Source: Octopus vulgaris (Eukaryota). From it: a stretch of 64,000 nucleotides of DNA. The stretch spans positions 61,752,001 to 61,816,000 of the forward strand of contig OX597823.1 of NCBI GenBank assembly GCA_951406725.2. Direction: 5' to 3'. The notes beneath the pieces are model-generated. The model made no database searches. It saw only the letters and a list, made by a program, of their open reading frames with translations, and had not been told where the DNA came from. Shown piece by piece: positions 21,421-34,900 of this stretch (position 1 is the first letter of the stretch; the number at the start of each line of letters is the position of its first letter). Position numbers and translations under genes: made by a program.

Positions 21421-22783
21421 AAAACAAATTGGTTTCTCTGAAGAATTTTTAGCTGAATGAATCGACCTTAGTAGTTTATTTTTTTAAAGCCTGGTGTATA
21501 CTTATTCTATCTGTCTCTTTTGCTGAACTGCTAAGGTATAGGGGATATAAACACACCAACACTGTACATGGCTGACAGCTGATTGTTCTACTTGCTACAA
21601 ATATCAGTTTTATCACTTAAAAATCACAACTGATGGTGGTGTGCTTACGTCCCCAATAACTTAACAGTTCGGCAAAAAGAGACCAATAGAACAAGTACTA
21701 GGCTTACAAAGAATAAGTCCTGAGATCGATTTGCTCGACTAAAAAGGTGGTGCTCCAGCATGGCCACAGTCAAATGACTGAAATAAGTAAAAGAATAAAA
21801 GAATAAAAAGCGATTAAATGTTTGTGCTGTACATTAGCTCACTTCCTCCATCAAATCAACATTGTTTGTACAGGTGCATGATGTGCCACACGTCAGATGT
21901 CAAATTGATCACAGAGCAGCATAAAAGGAAGTGGTTGGCTCAAGAACACAATGCACCACCTTGTCCAAGAATCGAAACCATGATCTTGCAGTCCTGGGTC
22001 CAACACCCTAAGCATTGGTCCACATGTCTTCACACATACATACATGTATACACACATGCATGCATGCAATCATATATACAGACACATATAATCTCATCTA
22101 GCAGTACCTATTGATATACACTTCTCACTGTAATCTTCCAAACTGAAGAAGCTTGGACATGATTTGAAGGAAATTTGGTTGCTATACCTAGTACATCGCA
22201 CACCTGCATGAAGGTCTCTCTCATTAGCTTATTGTCATTGTATATTCCAGGATCAATGGTAATCAAACAAAACTACAATGTAAAATGTTCCGGTCATGAC
22301 AGTCCTATTGGTTGTACATCAGGAATTTTTTTGTTCAACACAGCCTTTATTTAGGAAGCTAGCATGTGATTTTTAAGTGATAAAACTGATATTTGTAGCA
22401 AGTAGAACAATCAGCTGTCAGCCATGTACAGAACAGAACTGTCTACAATAAATGATTCTCAATCTTTGTCTAACACTTTCTATTTCATGTTATCAATATT
22501 GGTGATTGGACTAATGTGTTAATTAGTTCATTACTCTATAGAAGTGATCACCTTCAGAGATGGTGTAAGTTCTGATTTACTAATTACGACAGAAGGGAAA
22601 GGTTTTTTCTTTTCACTCAATATATATATAGTGCCATTTTAAAGGTATTATATATATGCAGTGGCCCAGCAACAAAATTTGCTAAGGGGGTGCAAACCCA
22701 GGTCCTAATTTTTTAATGAAAAATGTGGATTTTTCCAATGTTAACATTTAAACAAATGCAGGTATAATAATAATTTTTATTAT

Positions 22784-23570
22784 TATGAGGGTCGGCTGAA
22801 ATGTTCATAATCTAAGCAAGACACTCAATGGAATGTGACCAAATGAAGTTCATTTTCTAACATCAGATCTTTCCAGGAATTAATTCCTCCCCCTCCTCGG
22901 AACTTTCCAGGAAGTAATTCATTCTCGGATCTTTCCAGGAAGTAATTCATCAATGAGGCAGAGGAACTACTTCCTGAAAGGTTCCAAGGATGGAGACATC
23001 CTGGAAAGTTTCGAGGAGAGGAGGAATTACTTCCAGGAAAGAACCTTCTGGGAGACTCATAACCAGCAGAACTGCAAGAAACATCACAAATGTGCATGCA
23101 GCTTTGAGGGGAAATCATTGAATCACCATCCGTGAGATATCAGAGGATGTGCAGATTAATTGTGGTTCAGTTCAGATGTGTGGCTGCCAAGTTTGTGCCA
23201 AACTAGCTTTCAGCTGATCAAAAAGACACTTGGGTTTCAGTTGTACAAAATCTCCTTGATTGTGTTGAAAACAATGTAAACCTTTTGAAAACTTTGCGTA
23301 CACCTCTGAGCAGGTAACACCAAGCTTTTGGTAAAATTTGATGTAGATTCTCTGCTCTGCTGTCTCTATCATAGTCAGAGCAACAATCACACACTACACA
23401 CCTTCCTTCTAAGCACTGTTGTAAACAGCGGAAGTAAGCTAGAATGTTAAAACTTAATGTGCATGCACAACAGAGTTTATGCTCAATCTGTGCCAAGCAG
23501 CTTTACTGTGTGTGCTTTAGCTTCATTACTATGGCAGTAGTCCAGATACTTATTGATCAGATCAGTTATA
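22784..23570 (-). mobile_element. Internally deleted mariner relic
   Basis: TA-TGAGGGTCGGCTGAAATGTTC mariner-type terminus; the minus ORF contains EQRIYIKFYQKLGVTCSEVY (mariner N-terminal HTH). Confidence 0.65.
22866..23046. repeat. Small foldback element with ~45-bp inverted arms and internal subrepeats
   Basis: TCTTTCCAGGAATTAATTCCTCCCCTCCTCGGAACTTTCCAGG ... CCTGGAAAGTTTCGAGGAGAGGAGGAATTACTTCCAGGAAAGA. Confidence 0.7.
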
Positions 23571-23856
23571 TTTATGTCTGTCTCTGTGTGGATCTCTCTC
23601 TCTCTTCATGTCTCCATCCGCCTGTATATGTATATATAATCATATACATATCTATGTGTGTGAGTATGTCTATAATGTGTGTGCACTTATGTGCGTGTGT
23701 ATGTGTGTGTTTATGAATATGTCTAGTGATGTATGAACCTGCCTCTGTCTGTCTGCCTATTTTTCCTGTGTTTGTATGCGTGTGTATGTATGTATACATG
23801 TATATATAGAAATGTATGTATACATGTATATATAGAAATGTGACCGTGTGTGTACC

Positions 23857-24050
23857 GTTGGCGATTTATTTTCCTCCGTCTTCCCTTCTCTGGATCTTTC
23901 CTTTTCCTATGATTCTGACAAAGAGCTCCACTCGAAACGTAAAACCCTCCTTTTTCCCTTCCTTCCTGAGCTTCCAATAATACTATATTTGTTCCACGTC
24001 CTCGCGTTGTTGTGTTTTCTCTTTGTGTTTTCATGTTTGGATTAACTTTA
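23857..24050 (+). mobile_element. Hammerhead-carrying element H1, copy 2
   Basis: Core at 23911-23945: GATT CTGACAA A GAGC tcc ACTC GAAA CG TA AAAC; ends GGATTAACTTT(AT)n. Confidence 0.72.
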
Positions 24051-24440
24051 TATATAGATATAGATATAGATATATGTGTGTGTGTTTGTGACTGTGTCAT
24101 CTGTGTGTCATTCTTGTATGTTTTTGAGTGTGTGCATACATTCATATATATGCATATATATTCATATATATACATGTATATTCATATATATATATATATA
24201 CATGTATTTCTACTATTAGATCTAATTACCTTGTGGATATACACTTTTTTATATACATCTGTATTGACTTTCTCACTGGTAACGCTTTTTCCTATATATA
24301 TGCAGAAATAAAATTCTTTGGCAAATATATTTCACTTCATTTTTGAGGCTCCAACGAAGCTATAAGGTCCATTGCATCTTAGAGCAGAAACAGCTGCAAG
24401 TTCATAAATTAATCATTTTTACCCTTTGTCATCTCATTTT

Positions 24441-24478
<38 letters not shown>

Positions 24479-24601
24479 TCACAATATATGGATTCAAGTA
24501 ATCCATAAGTATACAAAAACGAAAGCTCCATCACGTATCATTCTACAAAAGATATAGAATATAAAGTATGATACAAAGGAAAACAATGAGAACTGTATCA
24601 T

Positions 24602-25008
24602 GTCGTAAATGACAGAAATATTTTGATAAAATTTTATTCAACAATAAGAAAATTCAAATATTATGACAAATTGTTTTGTAACTTCAAAACATGTAAATAA
24701 TTTGTATTATTATATTTAATAATAAATAAATTACCTATGTGTCTGCATTAATGCAAAATGCAAAGAAAATCCTTCAAAATAATGCAGAATTTAAGCTTCA
24801 TCCTCAAATGAATGAAAGTCTTAAATTCTGCATTATTCTGAAAGATATTTTTGCATTTTGCATTAATGCAGACACGTAGGTAATTTATTTATTATTAGAT
24901 GTAATGATATAAATTATTTGCATGCTTTTAAGGTATGAAACAATTTATCATATCTGATATTTACTTTTGTTAAATAAAATTTCATCAAGCTCTTTCTCTG
25001 TCATTTAT

Positions 25009-25011
<3 letters not shown>
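24602..25011. repeat. ~200-bp-arm imperfect inverted repeat
   Basis: e.g. TAATAAATAAATTACCTATGTGTCTGCATTAATGCAAAATGCAAA versus TTTGCATTTTGCATTAATGCAGACACGTAGGTAATTTATTTATTA; centre near 24806. Confidence 0.85.
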
Positions 25012-25062
<51 letters not shown>

Positions 25063-25625
25063 ATATAAATTCCTCTATTTACATAATATTGAGGTCTCTT
25101 TCATTCTTTTATTGTTTTACCATTTCTATCAATATATATATATATATATATATAGCTGCAGGTGTGGCTGTGTGGTGAGAAGCTTGCTTCCCAATCACAT
25201 GGTCCTGGATTCAATCCCACTGTGTGGCACCTTGGGCAAGTGTCTTATACTATGCTCTTGGACCTACTTGGGCCTACTAAAACCTTATGGGTAGATTTGG
25301 TAAACAGAAATTGAAAGAAGCTTGTTGTATATGTGTGTGTGTGTGTGACATATATATAAATGTATGTATGTTTGTATGTATGTATGTATGTTTGTATGTA
25401 TGTATGTTTGTATGCATGTATGTATGTATGTATGTATGTATGTATGTATGTATGTATGTATATGCAATAATCTTCTTCCAGCTTTTGTCTACCAAATCCA
25501 CTCACAAGGCTTTGGGTGACCAGGGGCTGTTATAGAAAGCATTAGCCATGCAGTGGGACTGAATCCAAAACCAGGTGACTGGAAAATTGGGATGTAAACT
25601 TTTTAACCACACAGGCATGACTGTG

Positions 25626-25674
<49 letters not shown>

Positions 25675-26057
25675 GTATGTATGTATATGTATATATATAT
25701 ATAACATATATATAATGAATGAAGGAAATGGAAAATGGTGTTCACAAGAATCTTTATTCATCACAACAATCATTTCAACCCGTCTTGCGTCGGTCCCTTG
25801 TGGATAGGATACTCTACGACTAGTTGTGTTGCATCTTCTGTTGCAAATGCATCTCATTGAGTTTCTTGTTTTAAAGGTGATACTTGAATATACACAAACA
25901 TATGTCCATATGCACACACTCATATATATCCTTAAATTCACTTATACCTAAACACTGTTTGGTGCTGCTACTACAGAATTTATGTATGGAGAGAATGGAG
26001 AGGAAGCAAGAGAGACAGACAGACAGACATACAGACAAACAGACAGAGACAGAGAAA

Positions 26058-26105
<48 letters not shown>

Positions 26106-26246
26106 ATGTGTGTATGTAATAATTGAAACAAGAGAAGTCAAAAAAGTGATGCTAAATTATATTATTCATAAATCATATTTAAACCTCAGGACATGAAATA
26201 AATAATATAATGATTCAAAATTGACACCCTGAATCTTTAGAATGAT

Positions 26247-26302
<56 letters not shown>

Positions 26303-26439
26303 ATTATCATTTAATGTCCATGTTCCAAACACACACGCATGTGTGTGTGTGTGTGTGTGTGTATAAAAACATTGAGAGTTGAACTGAAACAAGTTTTAGA
26401 TCAAGATTTTGAAATGTTTTATTTTATTAAATTTTATTA

Positions 26440-27420
26440 AGAATAGACAATGAAATACTCATTTGAAAATTTCATTCATTGACATGCATTCAAAACACAT
26501 GCAACTACTTTTACATCTACACACAGAAATGAGATAACTGTCAAAGAGAAAGGTGCTTTGCTGGTTGCATGAAGTCCAAAAGGAGTTTTTATATATATAT
26601 TTTTTTAATAAATCAAAAAACACTTTTATGAACACTTTCAATGTAAATTCTTGGTTGTCTAGCCTGAAATATTTGACAAGCATATTTCAACACCTTGATA
26701 GCCTGAACAGAAGCATGCAAGATAAATATGCAAATACCCTCAAATCTACAACAAACTAACATTTCAGAAAAAAAGATAGCAATTTTGAAAAAAAAATTAA
26801 ACTACAGATGGGAACTTAATTAAATGTCTCCTTTATCATTAGTAACTCTTGTAAAAAGACTGTCACCTGTTAATGTTCAGTTTGAAAACTCCAGAAGAGA
26901 AATTTAGCATTGATTTTTTTTTAAATCATTTAACATAAAAGAAAACAATTGGATTCAAAGCCCTTTGATGGGAATTTGAAATTATTTCAGGATGAAGAAT
27001 TGGTTTCTATATCTAATTAAAATCAAATATGAGATGTTGTCTCTAGAAAACTTTTGGCTTTTCATCGGGCAAGACTATCCTTCCATAGCATAAGAATTTT
27101 TGTCTATTTTGATTCAATTTTCGAAGTTATATTTACATGAAATAGGACTTTCTTCACTGAACAGCATTAAACGTAAATAATTTTTAAAAATGAAACTGCT
27201 GGATATATATCCCATAGGGGAAAAAAATCACTAAAGAATCACAAGTTTAATTTCACACAAGCATGATTTATAAAACATGGTAAGCAATACTACTCAATGT
27301 ACTTTTTCTTAACCTTTAATTTCAAAACACGTTTTAAAACTTTTTTTATATGAAGTGCATCAGTAACTTATTTATTTTGTCTCTATTGTGCCATGAAATC
27401 AAAAAGATTGGGAACCACTG
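26440..27420 (+). mobile_element. hAT (Buster/Charlie-like) 3' relic
   Basis: LHTEMR*LSKRKVL and WLSSLKYLTSIFQHLDSLNRSMQ match the hAT HTEVRWLS.GKVL / LAYL.DIF..LN.LN..LQ blocks; ends in TIR-like AAAGATTGGGAACCACTG. Confidence 0.75.
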
Positions 27421-30069
27421 GTTTAGAAAGACAGTGAATCAATGAATAAGAGTGAGACAGTGACATAAAGAAACTTTTTCTCAGGAAAATGAAAAGATGA
27501 ATAGAGGAAAGAAAGACAATAAGTTAAATGTAGAAAGTGAAAGCTACTTTGTATTAGAATAGACAGGTTGATAAACAATATAAAGAAATGTCTTTTAGCA
27601 TAGTAAGACCAAAAGGTGGTAAGTGATGTGGACAGTAGAACTAAGCACAAACGTTTGTATGAGAAATTTGTAGAGTTATGTCCTATGTGAAAAGAAATGA
27701 AAGAAATGACACACAAAAATCTATGTAAAATGTTTAGCAAGTGACTGTTAGTAATGATAGCAGGATATTATGTTACTTTGCCGTGTTTGTAATGTAAATA
27801 TGCATAACAAGTACTTCTTCAAAACAAGAAGAATCTCTTGATGTATGAAGATACATTTTCAATTAATAACAAGTTGATCTTGGAATAATTTATGCCTGTA
27901 TACTTCAGGCTTCAAGCATATTTGAAGAGGGTTGTAGTCTTTTTTCTTTTTTCATGTCTGAACAAATAATGTGTGCTGATTATATCTTGCTTTAAAGGTA
28001 TTTTCAGCCAGGCATTATATACTGTTTTTTATCAGTATTTTTGAAATTTTTTATTATCTAGTTGGCAACTACCAACGTTATGGTGGTTGCTTTAATGTAA
28101 TAAAGTATGAGCATTTGAGTGTATCAGATTTTCTCTGTTGAATTGTCAGTACAACTATAGCTAACATTAACATTGTTTTTGTTAAAAATATTTTGGAAAT
28201 TTATGGTGTGTAAGATTTTCTTTTTTTTGAGGTTTTGAAAAATTTGAGTGATATTACTGACACTTAAACTAAGCAATAGGCTGCATGTTATAATCCTCAA
28301 TCCTCAACCTTTTTAAAATCTGTTTTTGCTTGTATATGCAATGATATAACATTATAAGATATCGACTTTGCCTCAAGCAGAGGAATTTAATGTTCTAACA
28401 AAAATCTCTTCACCATTTGATTAGTTGAGGTTGATTTTGAAGTTCTAATATGATCGTTTCTTTTGAGACAATTTGAAATGCAATGCACTTTGATTACTAA
28501 ATTTATATACATTGATCACCAATGAAAAAATAACAAAAATGCATTTTGCAAAATAGCATTTACAAAATGATATTTGCATTTTATTTCTCTGATCATTTCA
28601 TTGCTATCTCAGTGTTATTCTCATTTCTCTTCATCTCCCTCTATTACATCCCATAATGTCCTGATTTCTTTCTGTTTAAATTTGATCATAATTTTATGTA
28701 ATTTATTAAATCATTTCTTTATTATGATCTATGTATTGCATTAAACTTTATATATATTATAGACTATCAGATGTTGTGATACACAGCTGGGGACAGTGTG
28801 CTTCCTTGAATTGTTGTAGCTTTGAAATGATGCTACCTCGCTGGCTTGGTGAGCAAGCCAACATTCCCCGTGAATGGTGCATCAGTCCATTGTAAAGTTA
28901 CCCAGCTACAGCTGAGTGGATTGGGGAAATATAAAATGGAGTGTTTTGTTCAAGAACACAACACACTGGGGATTCGAAACCACAATCTTGCTATCATGAA
29001 TGCAACACCTTGACCACTAGGCCACGCACATTCACACACACAGACACACACACAAACACGCACACACACACACAAACACACACACACACACAAACATACA
29101 CACACACACAAACACACACATCTACACACACAGACACACACACATCTACACACACACACACACACACCTACACACAGACACACCCACAAACACACACACA
29201 CAGACACACACACATGCACACACAAACACATGCACACACAAGCAAACACACACACACACATACACACACATTTTTCTTATTTATTCTTAATCATTTTTGT
29301 AGCTCAATTATTCACATAAGCATAATAGCTTCTCTTTCTTGTTCATATAAGTTCAGCATATGATTTCATGAAATGAGTACAATTCCTAGTCCAATAATTA
29401 TGCTCACTTTGCTTTCATTGATTACATTATAGTCTGTTATATTTAAGTAATCTTCTTGTAAATCCTAGGATCAAACCAATAGTAATAAAACCCAAATTGT
29501 TTCAAACTTTCCCCCAACTCAGAGGCTATTATTTTTCTAGTTACCATCTTCTGCAAACCCCTTGTCTTTGCCTCCATTTTCTGCAAAGGGGTCTTATTCC
29601 AATCAACATATATTTGTGACTTCATGATAAAGCAATAAATCAAACAGAACAATACATTGCACTGTTTCTTTTACCTCCTCACATTGTGAGTTCAAATCCT
29701 GCCAAGGTCAACTTGGTTTGGTTTTTCTTCTTTCCAAAGCTGATAAAATAAAGTACCAGTTAAGGATCATCTTGATCAAGTAATCTTTCCTCAAAATTGT
29801 CATCTTGTGCCTATCTTTTACTTGTTTCCGACATTTGAATGAGGCCATGCTGGGGCACCACCTTGAAGAATTTTTAGCTGGATGAATCAATCCCTGTATT
29901 TTCTCAAACCTGGCACTTATTCTATCAGTCTCCTTTGCTGAACCACTAAGTTACAGGGATGTAAACACACCAAAACCAGTGGTCAAGCAGTGGTAGTGGT
30001 AGTAGAGCAAACACACACAAAGGGGCAAAGACACAAAGACACACACATACACAGATACATTAATACATG

Positions 30070-30101
<32 letters not shown>

Positions 30102-30109
30102 AATTCTCC

Positions 30110-30151
<42 letters not shown>

Positions 30152-30154
<3 letters not shown>

Positions 30155-30340
30155 GGGGAGAATTCACAATAAAACAAAAAAACGAAGACAGGTGGTGTAG
30201 ACAGCAAACAGATGTATTAGTATAATGCTCATGAAAAGTCTTTAACGTTTCAAGCCCACGCTCTTCCACAGAAAGGAACACAGAAAGAAATAAGGAGGGA
30301 AAATAAAGAATGTGTAGTAGCTAGCGATCTATCATGGGGA
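30152..30340 (-). mobile_element. Short element with variant hammerhead motif (family H2)
   Basis: Minus 30240-30275: CTTT CTGTGGA A GAGC gtgg GCTT GAAA CG TT AAAG. A terminal fragment recurs at about 54555-54615. Confidence 0.6.
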
Positions 30341-30348
30341 ATACATAG

Positions 30349-30387
<39 letters not shown>

Positions 30388-30394
30388 GAACTAC

Positions 30395-30538
30395 CGTTGG
30401 ATCTTTTCTTTTCCTATGTTTCTGACAAAGAGTTCCGCTCGAAACGTTAAACCTTCCTTCTTTCCCTCTTTCCTGAGCATCCAATAATACTATACTTGTT
30501 CCACATTCTCGTATTGTTGTGTTTTCATGTTTGGATTA

Positions 30539-30545
<7 letters not shown>
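30395..30545 (+). mobile_element. Hammerhead-carrying element H1, copy 3
   Basis: Core at 30418-30452: GTTT CTGACAA A GAGT tcc GCTC GAAA CG TT AAAC; ends GGATTAACTTT(AT)n. Confidence 0.72.
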
Positions 30546-30575
<30 letters not shown>

Positions 30576-30641
30576 CCAAAGTGTACGAATGCCACTATAT
30601 TTTTTTATATATAAGAAATACAAAAATGGGACAAGAATGCA

Positions 30642-31889
30642 TGGCAATTAAGTTCCTGCCCTTTTTTAAATTAAAATTTTTTTAAAGGTTTAATAAAAAA
30701 TAACATTTAATTAATCAATAATGTATTCACCCTTGTTGTTTACAACTTCTTCCCAATGTTCAACAAGATTTTCAATACCTCGTTGGTAGAAATCACCCGA
30801 TTTCAACTCGAAAAATTGATCCAACCAAGCTCTCAATTCTGCATCAGTATTGAATGAAACTCTACGCATAGCATTTGAAATAGATCGAAAGAGGTGGAAA
30901 TCCGTTGGTGCCAAATCAGGAGAGTACGGCAAGTGTGGCAACACTTCCCAGTCATGTGTTTGCATGGCTTCCTTGGTCATATTGGCGATATGAGGGTGGG
31001 CGTTGTCATGCAGCAGAAGAACTCCATGCTGCCAATTAGATCTTTTCTCTTGAATAGCCATGTTGGGTCATTCCATCTGTTGAACATAGAGTTCTGCATT
31101 GACCATTTGGTTCCATTCAAGCAATTTATAATGGTATTCCCTTCCCAGTCCTACCATATGCATAACTCATTTTATGCAGATGAAGATCTTATTTCACATG
31201 TAGTGTCGCTTGTTTACCGGGGCTAAGCCATTCCTTATGCTGCTTCATATTGATGTACAGGCACCATTTTTTGTCACCGGTAACAATTTGGTAAAGAAAT
31301 TGTTGCTTTTGTCCATGAGTTGAGCAGTGACGAGCAAGCAAACCAGCAGAGATTGTGGCTCGTTGATTTTTGTTGATATCACCTAAAGCATGCGGAACCC
31401 ATGCTTCATACTTCTGAACCTTTCCCATCGAGTGAAGATGCTTCTCTATAGCAGTGTGGGAGCATTCCATTTGATGAGAATTTTCGGGCAAAAGTTTGTC
31501 TAATTGCTCTTCATCAAACTCAACTGGACAACCAGAATGAGGTGCATCTTTGAGGTCAAAATTTTCCTTTTGAATTTGGCATACCAATCACAAGTGGTTC
31601 TTTCAGCTATGACACCTTCTCCATACACAGCACAAGCTTTTGAGGCCTTAGAACCTTGATTAGAAGCATTGAGAAGGAGGTGTCAAAAATGCTCGTTTTT
31701 CTTAACTTGACATTCCATTTTAATGATCTGAAAATAAACAAAAATTAACTAAAATTAACTAAAAAAAAAATACAATAGATTCCAAAATGATTCCAAAATA
31801 GAAATCACAAAAAAATTAGATTCCAAAATTTAAAAACGCAATAAATTCCAAAATTTAAAAAATCAGCAGGAACTTAGTTGCCAACCCAA
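30642..31889 (-). mobile_element. Mariner (DD34D) transposon, defective
   Basis: WVPHAL, IVTGDKKW, LLLHDNAHPH, PYSPDLAPTDFHLF. TIRs TGGCAATTAAGTTCCTGC / GCAGGAACTTAGTTGCCAACCCAA-TA; the left TIR is clipped. Confidence 0.92.
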
Positions 31890-31925
31890 TATATATATAT
31901 ATAAACCAATTAAAATCCTACATAG

Positions 31926-34900
31926 CAATGTTTCCCAAACTTTTCACACCAAATTGCAATATCACCCACCTATCAGCCAAAAAATGTTCCATCGCCCACC
32001 TGTGTAAAAAGAAAACCCTGACACAACACCCCCACCAAAACAAAATCCTTTAGGACCCCTCCCGTATCGTTTGACACACACACACTCTAACGTAGACTCA
32101 TTGCCCTGTTAGTACCGTTTGTACTAAATATGCAGTTGTTTACAACTCCCTTATTGTGGGTTTAGTTTTGCCATTGGTGTCAATAAAATTCTAACGTTAA
32201 CTCTATATTATGCAGACAGATTAACTTCTGGAAACTTGCGCTTTCTTTTACACTGATTTTCATTTTCCCCAAATGAACCATTGATCAGAACTACCGATGC
32301 CAAAATAATTAATGATTGTATTATAAAGGAAAAGAGTAAAAACTTTTAATGAGATGCATGTGTCTGGTGCGATGCAGCTAATGCAGATACATTCGGTTTC
32401 AAACTTGTCAGCTTTAGCCGAAAGTCTCCTTGTTGTATCACATCCAGTCAAATTCTTTTATGGGAAAATAAAGTTCCAGAATGGTTAAAACCAGATTCAA
32501 CCAGATATGAAGTAGGGAAGGTAAGCAATAGTAATTTCAGATGTTTCCACAGGTTGGGGTAGGAATTCAATATACTTTGATGGTACTACAAACCTTCTTT
32601 GCTATTTACGGCAATATCGCATTGTAGCATCATTGTCAGTTTGTAATTCTATCAATTCCTCCTGAACATCATACTCACAATTGACTGCATTGACCTCAAA
32701 CAGATTGCTATACTAATTTGGAATATTCAGCACAATAACATCTTGAAATTACTCCATCATGTTAAATCCTCATCAATCAATTCATCTTTCAAAGAATCAA
32801 GTTGTAGAAATTGATGGAATTGACGTTTTGAAACGTTAGTCTTAAAAAACACCAGTTTCGAAATGAAGGTAGTGATAAACAATTTACAATCTACAAGAGT
32901 TTTTTCTGCTTCCTTGCAATAACTTATTCAAATCATTTAATTTTGTGAATATATCACAAAGAAAAAAGATATTGAATCTTGCAGTCATCAATGAAACAGA
33001 TACTGGAATATCTTCAAAGAAAAATATATTATATAAAACAGTTCAAAAAAAGCACAGTTTCCTTTTGACAGCCACCGCACTTCGGTATGGTATAAGAGTT
33101 TAGTATGGTCCACATCATTTCTCAGACAGAGTTGACAGAAAATTCAATCAGACAAGGGACTGGACTTCAATTTGTTCACACTCCTGATAACTAACTGTTG
33201 TACATCATTCAATCTACTGTTCATATTTTTTGCCACTAAATGCTGCCAGTGTGCCAAGCAATGAACAGTTAGTATCTGGTGGGAAATTTCATGCTTTAGG
33301 AGATATGGAAAATCCTCTATAACTTCCTATCATCGAAGGGGTGCCATCAGATGCCCAGGCAAGAATATTACTGAGTGGGATATTATGTTCAAAAAGGAAA
33401 GACTTGAGAGTGTGAAAAATAGTTGCACCTTTTGAATCAAGCAATTTCTCTGTGGACAGTATTTCCTCACAAGGTTGAAGGTCTTAGCTGAAATAGTGAA
33501 CATATACCATTATCAAACATTGATTGTCCACAACAGTTGACTCATCCACTTGTATAGAAATTTCAGAACGCTGGAGAATATTAATGAGCTGATGTTTGAC
33601 ATCGTTGGTCATTTCATCGATGCGTTGAGAAATTATGTTATTACTAAGTGGGATCTTCATAATGTCATCGGATTTTTCATGCATAATGGTTAACAAAAGC
33701 TCGTCAATTACTGGGTGAAGTAATGTTTCTCCAATTGTGTGAGACTTCCCAGACTTAGTAACAAGCAATGCAATGTTGTATGATGCAATCAGCCATCATT
33801 CTCCTGTTTACTAGTTTTCTAGAGTAGCATATTGAATGTTTGTATTTGCTTTTTGAAAGAGGAGCTCAGTTGCAAAAAGTATGATTACGGCTTGTCCTTC
33901 TTATCAGAATGCTTTCCATCAAAGTGATACTTCAAGCATGAAGGTTTCATTGTTTCATTGGTCAATATTTGATGGCAAAGAAGGCACATTGGTAACTAAC
34001 AATCCTGAGGAGAGGGAATAAATCCAAATGATAAATAATCACTATTGTATTAGCACATAAGAAGCACCATCCAAATGTGGCCGATGCTAGCGCCACCTTG
34101 ACTGGCTTCTGTGCTGGTGGCATGTAAAAAGCACCAACTGATTGTGACCATTGCCAGCCTCCCCTGGCACCTGTGCTGGTGGCATGTAAAAAGCACCCAC
34201 TACACTCAAGGATTGGTTGGTGTTAGGAAGGGCATCCAGCTGTAGAAACACTGCCAGATCAAACTGGAGCTTGATGCAGCCTCCTGGCTTCTCAGACCTT
34301 GGTCAAATCGTCCAACCCATGCTAGCATGGAAAACGGACATTAAACAATGATGATGATGATGTACTGTCGACAAATTTTCTTCACTGGAGGCATCAGTAA
34401 AGTGAAAATGGGAAAACAAATTTCTATGGACAGCGTCAGAAAGGCAGTATGGTATTCCTAAAGAGAAGAAGAAGTCAATAGACCTGAGTCAGATGATATG
34501 TCTTTACTGGAGCAAAAACGGATCTAGTTCGTTTGGCTGACAGCATTTCAAAAATTGAAGTTAATCAAAAATTTTAGAATTTGGCACATTAATGTACATT
34601 CCCAAGCTAAATTGCTGGAGTTATTCAGCTTTTTCTAAAAATATTTTTAAAAAGTTATAGATGTTTAAAGTTGGATCATTTTCACCCACTCAAGAAACAC
34701 AATTTCAAAGCTGTCCTTTTGTGCATGACTGCACATTTTGTCAACATCCTGAAAATAGCACTTGTGTTTTGATATGAAACCACAGAATTATGCATGACAT
34801 ATAACCCCTCATAACTTTTTCATTTTTCAGAATTTTCTGAAAATTCTTGTGAATTTGAATTCTACATGCAGGACTTCATATGATTATGCAAAAAAAAAAA

